From assembly GCA_012295275.1 (NCBI GenBank), contig CM022672.1, positions 1,116,001 to 1,180,000 of the forward strand: 64,000 nt of DNA, in the 5' to 3' direction. The notes under the pieces were generated by a model, which was not told the DNA's origin, did no database searches, and saw nothing but the letters and a program-made list of their open reading frames with translations. Positions within the stretch are counted from its first letter, which is position 1. Every line of letters starts with the position of its first letter. Both the position numbers and the translations under genes were made by a program. This stretch comes from Chrysomallon squamiferum (lineage: Eukaryota > Animalia > Mollusca). Positions 38,528-54,175 of this stretch are shown here, in pieces.

Positions 38528-39489
38528 AATAAATAAATAAATGACATTTGTGTCTTTACTATACAATAATTATACTTTAAATATTAAATTTGAAAAATGG
38601 ACCCTCTGCTTTGGCATATTTATTTTTCTAGCGATGCCTACAGCTATAGGTCAAAATGGTAGCAGACACGTCTTTTTAACAAACTTTCAAATGCAGTAAT
38701 GGACTTTCCGTGAAATTCTGCTGACTTCAAATTACATCTTTATTTCCACAAAACACAGCCTGGTCCATATTTTTTGCCAATTTTTTTTAGGCTTGATAAA
38801 TCGATTAAAGAACATGAGCTATGAAAAGAATTCAATTACTGAGCTAAAGTAAATACTACTGTTGTCACCGGAAGGCGCCCGGTAACGACGAAAACATAAA
38901 ACGTCGATTTGATTTGGTTTTCTTCTTAAATTCCACCAATTGATGTAAAAGCATTAAATCGAACCGAACCATTGGTACAATATACAGCCTGATTTCCAGC
39001 AAACATCAAATAAAATTTGTCAAATAAACCGTTATTGAATTACATGGAAATTTAATTATTTCTTTTTATCCATGTTCAATAAGTAAGAGTGGGTCTTTTC
39101 ACAAGAATGAAATGTTTGTTTCGTATTTGTGCCTGCTTTCTGGCTTACTGTAACACGACACAAGAGGTTAATTCACAAATTTTCTCTAGCACAAGCATGC
39201 TCGCACGCAAACGTCCGAACGGTCACCCATTTGTTTGCTTGTTGTTGCTGTTTTCAAATTCTATACATCATAGAGTAAGATACAAATGAGGTACACGGTA
39301 GGTTTATGCATGGATCGTTTTCAGTAAGCTTCCTTTAGAAAACTGTTAATGCATACTTGATATTGGAAAACACCCACAAAATAACCTTTCATATTTACCT
39401 GAACATCAGAATATTACTGACAAAATAATCAGCGATTGATTTTCTTCTGTTCTTTTTGGTTTATTTGTTTATTTGTTTGTTTATTTATT

Positions 39490-39566
<77 letters not shown>

Positions 39567-39851
39567 TTTATTGTTGATAATTGTCACATTCATTTTGTAA
39601 TCTGTGGAGGTTTTAGACAGATGATCTGAGGAGACAGAAATAAAATAAAATTAGATGAAATGATTAAAATGTCGATTTTGGCAGATGTACAGTTAATGGC
39701 CGCCAATTTGTCTGCATCATCATCATCGTCGTCGTCGTCATCATCATAATTACTATTGTTGTTGATTTTACTGTTACTGCTATTATTCATCATAATCATT
39801 TCAGACTTCAGTTCAAGATTAGTTTTTGGTCGGAAATTATTCTATCAATAT

Positions 39852-39926
<75 letters not shown>

Positions 39927-40660
39927 GGTACACGCAATGTCTGAAACGTACAGAATAGAAATATATCTGATATCATTATAGTAGTTTATAGAAAATTGTT
40001 TTAGAGATAATTGGCATCGAACAAGTACACATAAACATGAACAAAAATACAAGCACAGCGCGCACACACACACAGATACATGCGTATATAATGTGTATAT
40101 ATATGCATGTGTGTATATATATATATATATATCTAAAGTTTCTCGGCTTTTTAGCTAAGATCAAAAGGTAGTATGTACGTACGTACGTATATCTCTTACT
40201 GAGTGCTTGTATGTATACATGTGTAATGTATTTACGTTTATTTAGCAAAGTACACTCGTGTTTAGGATAAACTGTTCATTCGATGACAAATTCCGTTAAT
40301 AGTTAATTAAAACTAGTTACATTCCAGTGTGTACAGCACTACGTGAATCAAGTCCTTACCTGTGCGTTGTTTGTTTATGATTATTTTTGTCTTTACCTTC
40401 TAAACAGACAAGTAATTAGTGAGCACAGAACTGACGACTGATTTAAAACATCTGTCAAGGGAGTAAAACGTTTTGTTTTACCTGTTTGTATTCGTATACT
40501 TATTAATTTGTCAGCACCTCTCTGTTTCAAGTGTTACACACGCATACACACGTGACTACGCCAGCACACACACACAGACACATACACATACGTGTGTATT
40601 CGTGATAATGCATATATCTGTATGTATGTGTGGGTAAGTATTTATGTTTGCACGTATGTA

Positions 40661-40667
<7 letters not shown>

Positions 40668-40740
<73 letters not shown>

Positions 40741-40780
40741 TGTATGTATGTATGTATGTATATATATATATATATATATA
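40668..40780. repeat. Compound (TA)n(TATG)n(TA)n microsatellite
   Basis: Seen directly. Confidence 0.95.
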
Positions 40781-41816
40781 CAAAGGTTTACCTACCTACA
40801 TATATACATACATATATTTGCGTTTTCTAAGATCCTTGGAGTTAGGCCTAGGAATGCTTATCTAAATATACACATAACAACAATTTTCTATATATTAGAA
40901 GTCTAATAATGTCAATATAAACAGTTCAGTTTTTCCTTTTCTTTTCTTTACAGATTATCTTTTAAAATCTGCCATGTATTTTAATATATAATTCTGAATA
41001 ATTATATACGTTACTGAAGAAATGTACAGTACAGTGCGCTTTATATTTTCCGACCTTTGTATACAGTCCGGTATGTAAATCACATGTGACATGACAGACA
41101 TTTTTATGACTCATAATAGTCGAGCATAATAATTGCTTCTTTCAGAATTTAATAACCATTAATTATAAATTCCCGACGAAGGAATCTATTGACTATAAAA
41201 TAAATGGTACAGTAATGCATGGTAGTTATAATTCCCGATTCCTCTATGCGAGTTGTATTTCAATAAAATGCATCACATTCCAACTTCGATTTCTTGTGTT
41301 TAGATTTTTAATGTCAAAATTGGTGTCAAAATTGCAAATTTCCTTCGCATGTTAGCCCAACCATCCTTGCTTCCGACCTTGAATGACACAAAGCTGAACA
41401 CCGTAAAGAGCCGATATGGACATATTGTCACCATACATGGAACACTTGAGGTAATTCGAGTGCCGTCGTGTATGTTTCAAACAATCCACTCCAGCACAGG
41501 TTTTTCATTTATATTCCGGATATGCTGTCCGGAAAAGAAAAACGATCTCTCCAATTATAAAACCTGTCCTCAACAGAATTTTCTTTTCTTTCAAATTATA
41601 TCTTTTTAGACAATCAGGAGGCATTGTATTTTATTAATTAAAAACAAAAAACAAATAATAATAATAAATAAATAAGGAATTAAAAAGCAGTGGAAAAGAT
41701 AGGTTAACTGTATTTCACTTTAGAGAACTAGAACTAGCTTTGTAGCCGACTGCTGTGAAATATAACACTGATAATAAGAAATAACAAATAAATTAAAACT
41801 AAAAATAAATAATAAT

Positions 41817-41818
<2 letters not shown>

Positions 41819-41894
<76 letters not shown>
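41819..41894. repeat. (AG)n microsatellite
   Basis: Seen directly. Confidence 0.95.
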
Positions 41895-41898
<4 letters not shown>

Positions 41899-43609
41899 GT
41901 CATATATTAAAAAGGTGGGGTGGCCTCTACAACATGGTGGCTGGTAAAATTGGTTTCACTGTGTATTTAGATATTATTTAATTTTACCGAATTCATTTGT
42001 AAGCCGCATTCGCTTTAATGGCTGAAGTATTTTGAAGAATAATGCTTTACAATTACAAGGATCGAAAACTTATTTTCCCCATCCGTTCACGCTTGAATTT
42101 TATGATACTGAACTTTTAATGAAATTATAAATAACCAAACGTATTCTGCGCAAATCAGCTCTTCGGATAAAATATGTCTTCCTTGCGAAGACGTAAAATT
42201 TCGTTTTACGACTGAACGAAGAAAAGATGCAAGGTCCTTATTCGGAGACTGATTAATTGGAATTGTGAAAAGCATTCATACAAATATATATATTTTTATT
42301 ATTATTACCGGGGCAGTAAGAAATATTCTCAGCTGGCTTCGTAATTCTTGCAATCAATAGAAGCTGGAATCTTCTTTTTCGTATCGTTTAAAAGAGAATA
42401 CTTTAGAGATAATGTTCGAGCTTCTGCTATCCTCTGTTCCAGCTGAAATAAAGACAACAAAGAGAAAAGTAGAAACAGGAATATAGACATGTCTGGACTG
42501 ATATTCATTATCTGAAATAAAATTGCAATAGCTTACATGATAGATATTCGACATGACATCAGAAAAAGATCCACGAATTCGGATGAGAGGAGTCTCAATC
42601 TTGTTGAATTTAATAATAAAGTTAGAAACATTAATCAGCGAGAAATAGGAAACTTATTATTATTATTATTATTATTATATGGGCGAACGTTTAAAATTCA
42701 ACATGTTCTTAATGAATTTTTCATCAACAATAGCGACAATATTTATTCCATTACTCATTTCAGTGCATTTTGTTTCAGCCGATGTTATGTAAACAGAATC
42801 TTCGGTGTCTTTACCTTTCGAATGAATTTATCATTTCGTTGCGAGTGGAAGCGTTTTAATTTATTTTCTTCACTCCAGAGATGATTGAATTATTAAACGA
42901 TGACAGGACTTTAAATTAGTGAAGATGCACCGATTTGCGAACACTGTACGCGAGTGACCTTTGACACGCGGTTTCAAAGCAATCACAACCAGCCGTTGGA
43001 ATTGCTTATCAAAGCAGTCGAGTAATCGCACTTTATAACTGAGCCGCGAGTTCTTACCGCTGCTCAGCGGCAGTATTGGAATCGATTCCCTCGGGAGAAT
43101 CTCAACCGTTAAAGTGCAAGGGCCATGATGAGCGATCATCCAACTGCAAACGATAGGCATTTCATTTAACAGTGTAACATCTCAGCGACTAGAAACCATT
43201 TTTATCTTATACTGATTTTTTTTTTCCCCTCCTCCAAACTGGCGAACCAAGACAGTCATGAAATATAGCTATCGATGGTTTCAGTTAGAGGGTTAAATTG
43301 GTTTATCTCTACGTCTCTCTTTCCTGATTTTTTTTTCTCTCTTACTCTTTCTTCTTCTTCTTTATTTTTTTCCCTTTCGTCCTTCGAGAGAGCGTCGAAT
43401 CAGAGAAGGCTAGTGTGTGAAATTAAAACATTTTTACAGCTTTGAGCAAAACTTGCAGTCTCTAGAGTGCTAGTTAGTTTCCGGTTAACAATTTAATTCT
43501 CGAAAGAAATGTTCCAAATGCAACGGAAGACTGCGGATAAATTCAAAGCGATTATTAGATTTCTAGTGTGTGTGAGGATGGAAGTACAGAACAAATATAG
43601 ACAGACAAA

Positions 43610-43616
43610 GAGCGAG

Positions 43617-43707
<91 letters not shown>

Positions 43708-43712
43708 GAGAG
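43610..43712. repeat. (AG)n microsatellite
   Basis: Seen directly. Confidence 0.95.
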
Positions 43713-44724
43713 AAATCACGGATATTAATTAGTAGAGACAAAAACAAAACAAAAAAGATACCAAATAAAAGTTTTATGTAAAATTAATATTCTTATAGGA
43801 TTTTCAGACATGTAAGAACTGAATGACATTCAGATTTGTCACAAAACCCCAAAACAACATCTATTTGGTATAAATTTCCAAGGAAACAGATATACATATG
43901 CACACAGATCGACACCATACATAGATAAAAATATCCTTAAAAAAACAACAAGGCGGAGCCCCAAAGGGAAAAAAATATATAACACTGCCATCATCAATTA
44001 AAACCCCTCCTACATATCTTAACTCCGACAAGTAAACTATTTCAAACATCCAGACAGGTCACATTTAGCAATTAAAACTGAGTTTATCCCTAACTGGATC
44101 AGACACAGTTTGACCTTTTTGCACATCGTCCTTCCCAAAGATTGAATCATCTGCAAAATGAACTTTTCCCCAGGTGACGATTCTCTGAGTGATTGTAGCA
44201 AAATGTGGCAAACGGATAAACCACGCAGTCTATCCAGAGATATTTAAATTAAGGAAGAAGGAAACAAAAAAACAAAACAAAAAAAAAACTGAAAAATTTT
44301 GTTTGATAAAAAATCGAAAGTAATACAATTAGTCACCCTTTCGTACAAAACGGATGACATAAAAAGGAGATCTCGTGGGAATAGTGCAATTTATTACATC
44401 AGCTGTGTTCTTCCAAGTAAACCAGCCGAGTTACTGAACCGTTTTAGAACAGTGATCACCAGATCGGGTTCTAGCAGCTTCTACCCATGTCTGCTGGGGA
44501 AGTACAAGATCGTTACTTTCTTTCTCTTTTTTTAAAAAAATCAATGGTTCCCAGCCTGTTTTTGAACCATGCCTTACTTTAAAGCCTTATAGATTTGATG
44601 GCCTTTTGACACAAAAGCCTACCAAGTTCAGAAAAAGACTATATAATATATAATATGAACACATTAAAAAAAAAAAAAAAAAATCTTTTTTTTAAAAAAT
44701 AGAAAGAAGAAAAAAATAATATTG

Positions 44725-44757
<33 letters not shown>

Positions 44758-45719
44758 TAAATGAAAAAGTATCTTATTTACATTTTTTTTTTTTTTTTAA
44801 TTTGATTACTTATTACTTACACCTCGAAACAAGTCAAATTTTATTTAATAATTTTATTATTTTACATGGCAGGATTTCTTGGCCATCGACATTAATGGGT
44901 TCTTAATACGTCGTATTCAACTTCTCTGTGTACGCTTCGCGTTGTGAGACCCGCTTTAAATCATCATCTACCACTGATATTAAAACAGACAACCCAGGCT
45001 ACTGGATCGTGTGTAAATCTGTGTGATGATTTGTTGATGATGATGGTTCTCAATCATTTTTCAATTTTCATTTCTTGAAGTTTTATTTCTTTTAAGCTAC
45101 TGAACAATAAAATTATTTGAATATGTGATGAATATTTCGAAATTATAGGTTTTCTAATGACAAAGATATACCAATAATTATTTATGAATTTAGATGTATT
45201 TGCGTTATTTATACTTAAAACCACAAATACATTTTAGCCGTTCCCGTTAAACTATTTAATCAGTTATCCACATATTATTTTATGGATATAAATGTTAAAA
45301 TTCAAAGTGGATGAGAATTATTTTTATTATTATTACTACTATTTTTTCTATGATATTCGAAATTAAAATTTAGCAGCATAAAAAACAATAATAATAAAAA
45401 AATAAAAATAAAAAAATAAAATAATATATGTGTGTGTGTGTTAAATACACTTTAGTAAATGTTTCTTTTCCATTACCCAAATCACTGACTTTTTACGTTG
45501 CAGTTAACCAAATAATTTTCCATTTTGAGGATGTTTATTCAGAACTGATATAAGCGGTGTATGTGCCAAAGTTTGTCTAAATAAGAATAGTAGAGACTGA
45601 AAAAAAAAAATAGAAAAGAAAAGGAAAGAATAAAGGAGAAAAAAGAATGCATACCACCAAAAACGTTGTAAATGTGTTTTGAACGTGAAAAGTGTAAGAT
45701 TAAATTGTGGCTCTACCAC

Positions 45720-45720
45720 C

Positions 45721-45759
<39 letters not shown>

Positions 45760-45985
45760 AATAATAACAGCAACAGGGGCAGCAGCAACAAAAACAACTG
45801 CAATTGTAGTAGTAGTAATAATATTAACAGCAATATCAACAACAACGCCGACGACGATAATAATAATAATGATGATGATAATAATAATAATGACGACGAT
45901 AATAATAATAATCATGATGATAATAATAATAATAATAATACTAGTATGATGATGATGATGATGGTGATGACGATGACAACAACAA
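45720..45985. repeat. Compound trinucleotide microsatellite (AAC/AAT/AGT/GAT)
   Basis: Seen directly. It explains the poly-N/T/I/L ORFs. Confidence 0.9.
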
Positions 45986-46839
45986 AAGAAGCAACATTTC
46001 CAATTACAGTAATACTAACAAGATAAAAAATTATGATGATGATGAAAATGAAGCAAACTAAAAATAGTAGAAAAAGAAATCGAAGAAGGTTTAAGATAAT
46101 AAATGATAATTTGAATAATTGATAAAGTGAAAAATTAAATAAAGAGAAAAGAAATCACTCTAACACATTAACATCAGTCTGTGTGTAATTACTTATTTGA
46201 TTAACAAATACACAGACGCTGTGACAGAGAGACAGACAGTCAAATTAATATTTATCTAAAATAAAATAATTACGTGCAAAACAGCATTTTCCGACTCGGT
46301 CATATATACGAAAGAGCAGACTATTTGTCATGAATTATTTATTTAGATACATTTTTTTTTTTTTTTTTAACTTTTTTTTTTTTTTTTAAATCCTCTCTAG
46401 TTCGTTTTTTTCTTTTCAACAGTGTAAGCAATTTGCAACTTTAATGCTAGCCAGAGGCTTCGGACTGACCTTTTGTTAGCAGTTTAGCGAAACTGTAAGC
46501 TCAGTTTAAATTAAAAAGGAAAAAAAGAAGGTAAATTCGCCTAAAACTGTAGAGAAATGAAAATATTGGTTTTCAGTGACATACTCATCGACGTGTGATG
46601 AAAATGACGTTCAGTTTTTTTTTTTTTTTAAATTGTTTTTTTAAACTATTGTAGGCGAGCAGTCTTAACTGATAATAAAGTATGACAAGAAAACCAAAAA
46701 AAATAAAATAAAATAAAATAAAATAAAATAAAAAAATAATAATAATAATGACGATAAAAAAACATTTTGCATTACCTCTTTTTGAAATAGCATTTCAAAA
46801 TGAAGAAAGACATAACCTCGAAAGACTGAGCAAACAAGG

Positions 46840-46963
<124 letters not shown>

Positions 46964-47069
46964 CCACTACACTTCACTTTTTATGAACAATGTAACATAA
47001 AATTACTCTGAAAACAACAATATTCTTAATACAAAAATTAAATCAGAATAGTAATAAAGAAGTATAATA

Positions 47070-47382
47070 CAGGTACCGGACCAATTATCCGGCCACCTTG
47101 GGGCCTGAGGCATTCTGGTACCAAGGCATCTGAATACGTAAATAATTAGGCATAAACATTTTAAAATTAAAAACATAAAGAAAACTGACGATATACAACT
47201 GTGGCGACTCGACACGTAAACTATGCGGCGAGTGAATGAACGTTACGCGGCTTGAAAGAGTAGTTTGTCTCTGGTGAGGACAACACCCGCGCGCTAGAAC
47301 TATGAAAATAGCGTCTGGAAAAAACTTCCGATTTTCTGATCTGTCCGGATTTCTGGACGCCGGATAATTGGTCCGGTACCTG
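47070..47382. mobile_element. 313-bp Tc1/mariner-pogo (Tigger-like) MITE
   Basis: Perfect 24-bp TIRs, CAGGTACCGGACCAATTATCCGGC (47070-47093) and GCCGGATAATTGGTCCGGTACCTG (47359-47382), flanked by TA on both sides. Confidence 0.92.
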
Positions 47383-48118
47383 TATATAACATTTGATTCT
47401 AAACTTAATTACAACGACGACGACAGCAATCAATGAACAAATAGTAGTTGTAATAGAAGAAGTATTAGTATTAGTAGTAGTAGTAGTAATAAAAGCCTTT
47501 TTATTTTGTCGTTTCTTCCTAATTATTACTATAAACTGCATCATTTTAACGCGCATTTATTCAGGACCCTGTGACAATCATGACATTGAAACATAACAAC
47601 TTTTTACAAATCTTCAATTTATCATTGTTTCATACTATTTCATTACTGACGCGTCTTTATTTCGGACTCTCTATAACCCAACCCAACGTTAAAACATATA
47701 ATCACATTCTAAGAATCTTCGCGTTGTCGTCGTTCTATTCTAATTCGTTACCGCAAATTGCACACTTTTAATGCGCCTTTAGCCCTGGACTCTCTTTGTA
47801 ATGAAGAAACGAAACGTTGTCGATACTCAATTATTCTGCCGTACTTTGGACAGATAATTTGGTGTTTTACAGGCTATTTATTCCCAGATGCGTGACCGCA
47901 GCCCAGATTCAATCAATGTTCAATGATAGTATATCCTCTCTACCTCTACTCTAATCAACGCCTCTTTGACATAATGCCACCGTTTGCCTGATTCTCTTTC
48001 CTAACGTATTGTTAGCTCGACAGATGGACGGGTTGCAGGACTGCTGTTTGGTTAATACTGCTGTTTCTGTCCCTGAAGAATGTACTGAGAATGTAGTAGT
48101 AGTAGAATAGTAGCAGTG

Positions 48119-48157
<39 letters not shown>

Positions 48158-50965
48158 ATAATAATAATAATGACATGACCATATATGGCAACTGCTGCCT
48201 GGAAGTTAAGGTTTGACATTCTCAGAGAGCAGTGTGTTGCACTCTGGACTTGGACATTGCAGGACTAAAAAAAAAAACTGCTAGTGAAGGTGGCGACACC
48301 GGTCGTGTATGGGTTTTTGTATTGGTTTGATTTTTTAAAGTTTTGCAACTGTAGAATTTTTATTGTGATTTGTTTTATGAACCTGGTCAGTTTGTCGTCC
48401 TTGGACACGCCACGCCAGAGTTACCATGAGTTAACATTTCTATATCAGGGATTCCTTAGTATTAAAGACCTTTAACTGATAACCCCGTCTTGTTTGTTTA
48501 TTCCTTAGACAGTGATGTCTATTACGTATATATATTATCCCAGCCTATCGGTCCCACGATATCCGCTTGCTTCCCCCCGTTCGTTACATTATTATTATTA
48601 TTATTGGAGAAAAAAAAAAAAAAATCAGAAGAAAAACCAAACAAATGTTAACGTCAGTTCTGTGTCAATTGAACACGACAAATGACGTCACATACTTGTT
48701 AAACGCCAGCACTAGACTGTATTTGGACTAAAATTACGACAAACGATATCTGTAATTTCTGGTCTTCACAAAAATCAAGTTAACAGCTTCCTGTAGCTGA
48801 TATCGGCAGACGTCGTAGACGTGATTTGTCCAAACGTTACCGCCATTTTGAGACCAAAGATGGAAGAAGAAATTCTAAAGCAGCAAAAGTCTTTGCTACA
48901 TTTTGTTCCAGGGAAGGGACAACATGTACTTTACCTACATTTTTTTTTACATATTATTTTAACTAATCACCTTCTTTCATTTTCAGTTTCTAAAATGGTT
49001 TAATTTTAATTCTGTTATTTTATTTTATTATTAAAATGCTGATTATCTTATGGCATCAACAAAAAAACTCTTGTGCTGTTGATGTTCATTTTCTGTGATT
49101 GTCACGACTACTGATACTACAACAGCAACAATTAATACTACTACTACGACTACAGCTTTTACTATTAATACTACGAATGAAAGTACCACCAGCACTATCA
49201 TTATTACTATTGCTACTATTTCTACTGCATGTGCTATTACTTCTTCTATCTAATAACGCTACTACAACTGCTGCTACTTCTACTACAACAACAACTATTA
49301 CTAGGACCATCATCATATTATGTATTATTCTTTTTTCCTGCTACGCCAAAATTAGTACATTTAAATGAACGAGAAACAAAATAAAAAAAAAAAAAAAAAT
49401 AAATAAAAAGAAGAAAAGAAAAGAAAATGACCTTCTTTTAGATCTGAGCGAAGGAAGGACGGAATAACTGCATATTATCCACTGCAAATCTCAGATTTAG
49501 CGAGCAAACGTTCAATTTTTCATGTGGGTTGTTACTGGGGATAGATCAAATAATTACAGCGTCGACTTCCATTTCTTTGAGCAGTGGCTTATTTAACAAA
49601 TAAAGAATTCCCAATGCTGTTGTTGTACATGCAGGTACGATGACATGCCACGTACTAATTATAAACCAGTAGATTCTTTAAGACGTGTACTGTCGATAGC
49701 GTGACTTGTGTTAAGATCACGGCGATATTTGAAATTCTATTTTCAGTGACGGTCCCCGATCACAGTTATTTTGTGCATAATTGTATTTTGTGAACCATAC
49801 GTGGGAATTGCATGATAAACACGCAATCTGCTGCTATTTGCGACTGTCATTTACCCTTATTGTCAGTTTTAAGAAGAAGAAGCAAAAAAAAAAAAAAAAA
49901 GGAACCTTTACCAGATTACAGTCAATAATAGATTGGGAATATCTTTCATTCCCCTTTTTTTTGTGTGTGTGTGTGTGTGTGTTTTAGTTTGTGTTTTTTT
50001 TTTTTTTTTAAATTCTCATATTTTTTATTCTCCCAATAGAAAGAATGGGTCATCTGATTTCTGAAGAATTATTTCGATCGCTAAAATTTCTTCTGCAGTT
50101 ACATGCTATTTGAAAATCTCATTGTTGGAAAATGGAAACATATTTTACAAAAGACAAATTCACTCTTTACTGGACAAAAATAAAATACAGTGTATAAAAC
50201 CTGACATGCGCAAAGCACCACACACAGAGACAGACTAACACACATACATTTGTACACCAAAGCGATGTACAGTGAACAGAATCGGGTTTACGATTAAGCC
50301 CCCATTTATTCATATTTTGTTTTTTCCCTATCTTCTTACTGGAAAAAAAAACAACAAATAATAATAATAATAATAATACCAGAATTATTTCTTGACCCAC
50401 CTTTCAATTTAACCAATCTTTCTTCGCTTTTCGCATTTTTTTATCATTATTTTTTTTTAAATATTTCTTTTACATGTAATTTAATAATTTTTTTTACTGC
50501 AAAGATATTTCCATATCCATCAGTTCTAGGCAAATTGCTTCTTTTCTTCAAAAGTCTGGCATTGGAATATTCCAAAATACTTTGCCGCCCGGATTTCGCA
50601 CGTCCTTGATTGACGTATAGAAATTACTATCGATCGATAATCGATAAATCGCAGAAGTTTCTTCTGTTCGTCCAGTACCTCTGAAGAAAATGCCAGTGCG
50701 CGCAAAATGTCGTAATACGCAATGGAAGACAGACATTAACTGATAAAAAATGTATCAAAAAATCCTTGATGCAGCTCTTTCTCTATGAACGTAAATAACA
50801 TTATATTCATCAGTTTTAACTTGTAGTCAACTACACCGATTACCAAGTTTTTATATTTGAAAATTCTGCAACAACACCAATAGCTGCAGAACAACCGAAA
50901 CAAGAAATGAAAGAAACGCAGCTTGGGCACGACATTTCCCACTTCTTCCTAATTTGTGATTATCT

Positions 50966-51037
<72 letters not shown>

Positions 51038-51780
51038 GTAATAACAATAACAATAACAACGACAACAACAATACCGTTACTTAAACATTCATACATTTAT
51101 CTAAATCTATCTCATCAAGCTTATATCTTTTTGTTCTTTTATTTATTTATTTTTTTCAGCTCTGACTGTTTTTGTAGTTCTTAGGTAATTATTTCAGGCT
51201 ATAGAATTCTGACAGTGATTATAGTCGAAGGAAGAAGGCCAACAAAGACTCAATAAAAATGACTAAGATGCAGAAACATGAAGCAACAGAACTGTATCTT
51301 GTAGATCGATTGACATGACAGAAAAACTGCCTTACAGAATTCTTCTTCTTCTCCTTTTTTTTTTATTTCAAAAGAAAGAAAGAAAAAAAAAAGAGCAAAG
51401 AAACTAAAATAACCAAAGCTAATAACCTCAAATGTTGATGCTTTTTCGGAAATTCGGTTGATAAATTTATTTATTTATTTAATAGAATGATTATGAAAAA
51501 CTTAACGGAACAACAACAGCTACAAAATATGAAAACTACCAATAACAAAAGTAAACCTCAGCAACAATAAATGAAATGAGATGGAGAAAAAAATTAATTA
51601 AAAGAAAAAGAATGAAAGAAGAAAGAAAGCAAAAGAAAATTCCGAACAAAAACAACAACAAAAAAAACAAAAAAACAATGAAAACCTGTCGATCCTTAAA
51701 AAAAAGTAAGAAAAATACAATAATAATAAAAAAAAAAAAATATGAAAAGACCTTTAAAAGATTTTCAACAAGTGCAATGT

Positions 51781-51815
<35 letters not shown>

Positions 51816-53120
51816 ATAATAAATAAATAAATAAAAAATAAAATAAAATAAATAAAAATTAGTCACATAAAACCGATACATGAACATTTGACTTAATAGC
51901 AGTCATCTCGCAAGAACTGTTCTTCTTTTATCCCTTTCTCTTTTATTATTATCATTTTTTCTTTTTCTCGTTTAACTTTTTATTTTTATTTTTTTTTTTT
52001 TTTTTTAAATTTTTTTTTTTAAAGGAAATCCGTTTAAACGTACCCTGTGATCTCTTTTCTTTGTACATTAAGCTGTAGATTAGAAGTGAACTTTATAGCT
52101 GGAAATTTTATGCAATTACAAGGGCAGAACCATCACATTGATCATTCTTGCACAATAACGAAGTAATTTCCCTCTACTTACTGAGCCCTGTAAACGTCTG
52201 TTTAATATCACAGACAAACGGTTATTAAGTTTGCATCACTGCTTGGAAATTGTTTTTGTCTCTTTACTGATTACGTTTTCGTTAACGGGATAAAAGATTT
52301 CCTTTACTGATGGTGCATGAATCATTAATTAACTAGTACACAGACACAAACACACACATAACCAAGTATATACACATATATACATATTTTCAAAGATACA
52401 TACAAATCTATACTAAGCTAACGTATAATAAACACACACACACACACACACATACACATACATACATACTTATATACTCAGAGACATACATATATACATA
52501 TAGAAACACACACAACATATACCTATGAAAAAAGAAAAAAGAAACGACAGCAGTAATGTTCACGTCAACACAAAAAACAAATATGTCATCACCATGAATG
52601 ACATTTAAACAGAGAAGCTGATCTGAATTTATGGAAATGTTTAGTAATTTTAAACAAATTGACGTGTTTTCATTTCAAACATCAGCATTTTGTTTAAGTA
52701 AAAATTTAAAATATACTTAATCAGTATTATTTTTTTTTTTTTGAGGCAGATAAAAATTAAAATAAGAGTGCTAATAGTAAGAATAATAACGTCAGCAGCA
52801 GCAGCAGCAACAACAGTGATGATGACTTTAAAAAGTATAGACCAAAAACTATATCTACGGATATACATTTTAATTACCCAATTCATCTACCGCAGTGTAC
52901 AAAACTCTTTGATATCGAATCTGAACATTGTAAGTAAATCTCTGAAGGAAAAGGATGACACTTTTGTTTTTAGTTTGCTAATTCTTACCTCGCACGAAGT
53001 TATATCCAGATATAATCAACACAAACACTCCAATGGCAGCTGCAAAGTAACTTAAACCAAGCATCGTCATAATCGTATGACGTCATGCTGGTATGACATC
53101 TGACCTCGTGGATAAATATA

Positions 53121-53123
<3 letters not shown>

Positions 53124-53181
<58 letters not shown>
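53124..53181. repeat. (CT)n microsatellite
   Basis: Seen directly. Confidence 0.95.
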
Positions 53182-53187
<6 letters not shown>

Positions 53188-53602
53188 TTATTATTATTAT
53201 TTTTTAATTATTTAACAGAATAATGGAAAAGTAAGTCTCAATTAAGGTAACACGTAGTCTCTAGTTTACATTAATTTGCAAAAATAATAAAAAAAACATA
53301 ATATAATGATAATAATAAGTTTAAATAAATTAATATATGGCAACACCGCTATTACTTTCATTTTTACATTAGGGATATAAATGCAAGTTATAAAACTCTA
53401 ATGATATCGTAAAAATGTTCATTCCCTATATACATCAGATTTAAAAGTTACATATAAATATTTTCTTATCTTGATAATGATGATGATAATGATAATAATG
53501 CGAATTATATCTTCTTTTCTTCTTCTTCTTTTAAGAATCAAGAGTCTGTACCTTCTTAATCAAATAGAATGGATAAACGGATAAATAAATAACATCTACA
53601 AA

Positions 53603-53634
<32 letters not shown>

Positions 53635-53794
53635 AAATAATTGAATATTAAACTAAAAAAAAAGAAGAAGAAAAAAGTAGAAACTAAGGCATTTTTTGAA
53701 ATTAATTATAAAAACCTAGCAAAGGCATATATCAGAAAATAAAAATGTAAATAATAAGAACAACAAAACAACAACAACAACAACAATGCATTTT

Positions 53795-53827
<33 letters not shown>

Positions 53828-54175
53828 CGTTTTGAGTTGGTTAAAAGACAAGGAAGGGTAAGAGATTTTTTTTTTCAATTTACGTGATCTGAATTTGCGG
53901 TTAGGCGAAAGAGATTCCAGGGGAAAAATATCAATAACTTGAGAGCAAAGTTGACAAGTGAAGCGTCCTTCACCTTGTAATGAATGACACAGTAACGACC
54001 ACAAACCGAGATGCTGGACTTCGTAATGATGTTTTACCCTCGTCTTCAAATCGACTTTTTCCGCTGGCGTATTGACACACTGTTGATTGGAGATTTGATT
54101 TCGAACTGGGTCAGTCTTTCTTCATCCAGGTTAAACAAAAAAAACTTAATAAGAGTTCATAAAACAACATAGAAA

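Noticed and set aside
45504-46026. Poly-N, poly-L and poly-I ORFs (likewise poly-ER, poly-SL and poly-CV ORFs elsewhere)
   Set aside because: Microsatellites lack stops by construction, and there is no splice or homology support.
48821-48845. TGATTTGTCCAAACG, resembling miR-219
   Set aside because: It has an extra base in the seed, a divergent 3' half and no evident precursor hairpin.
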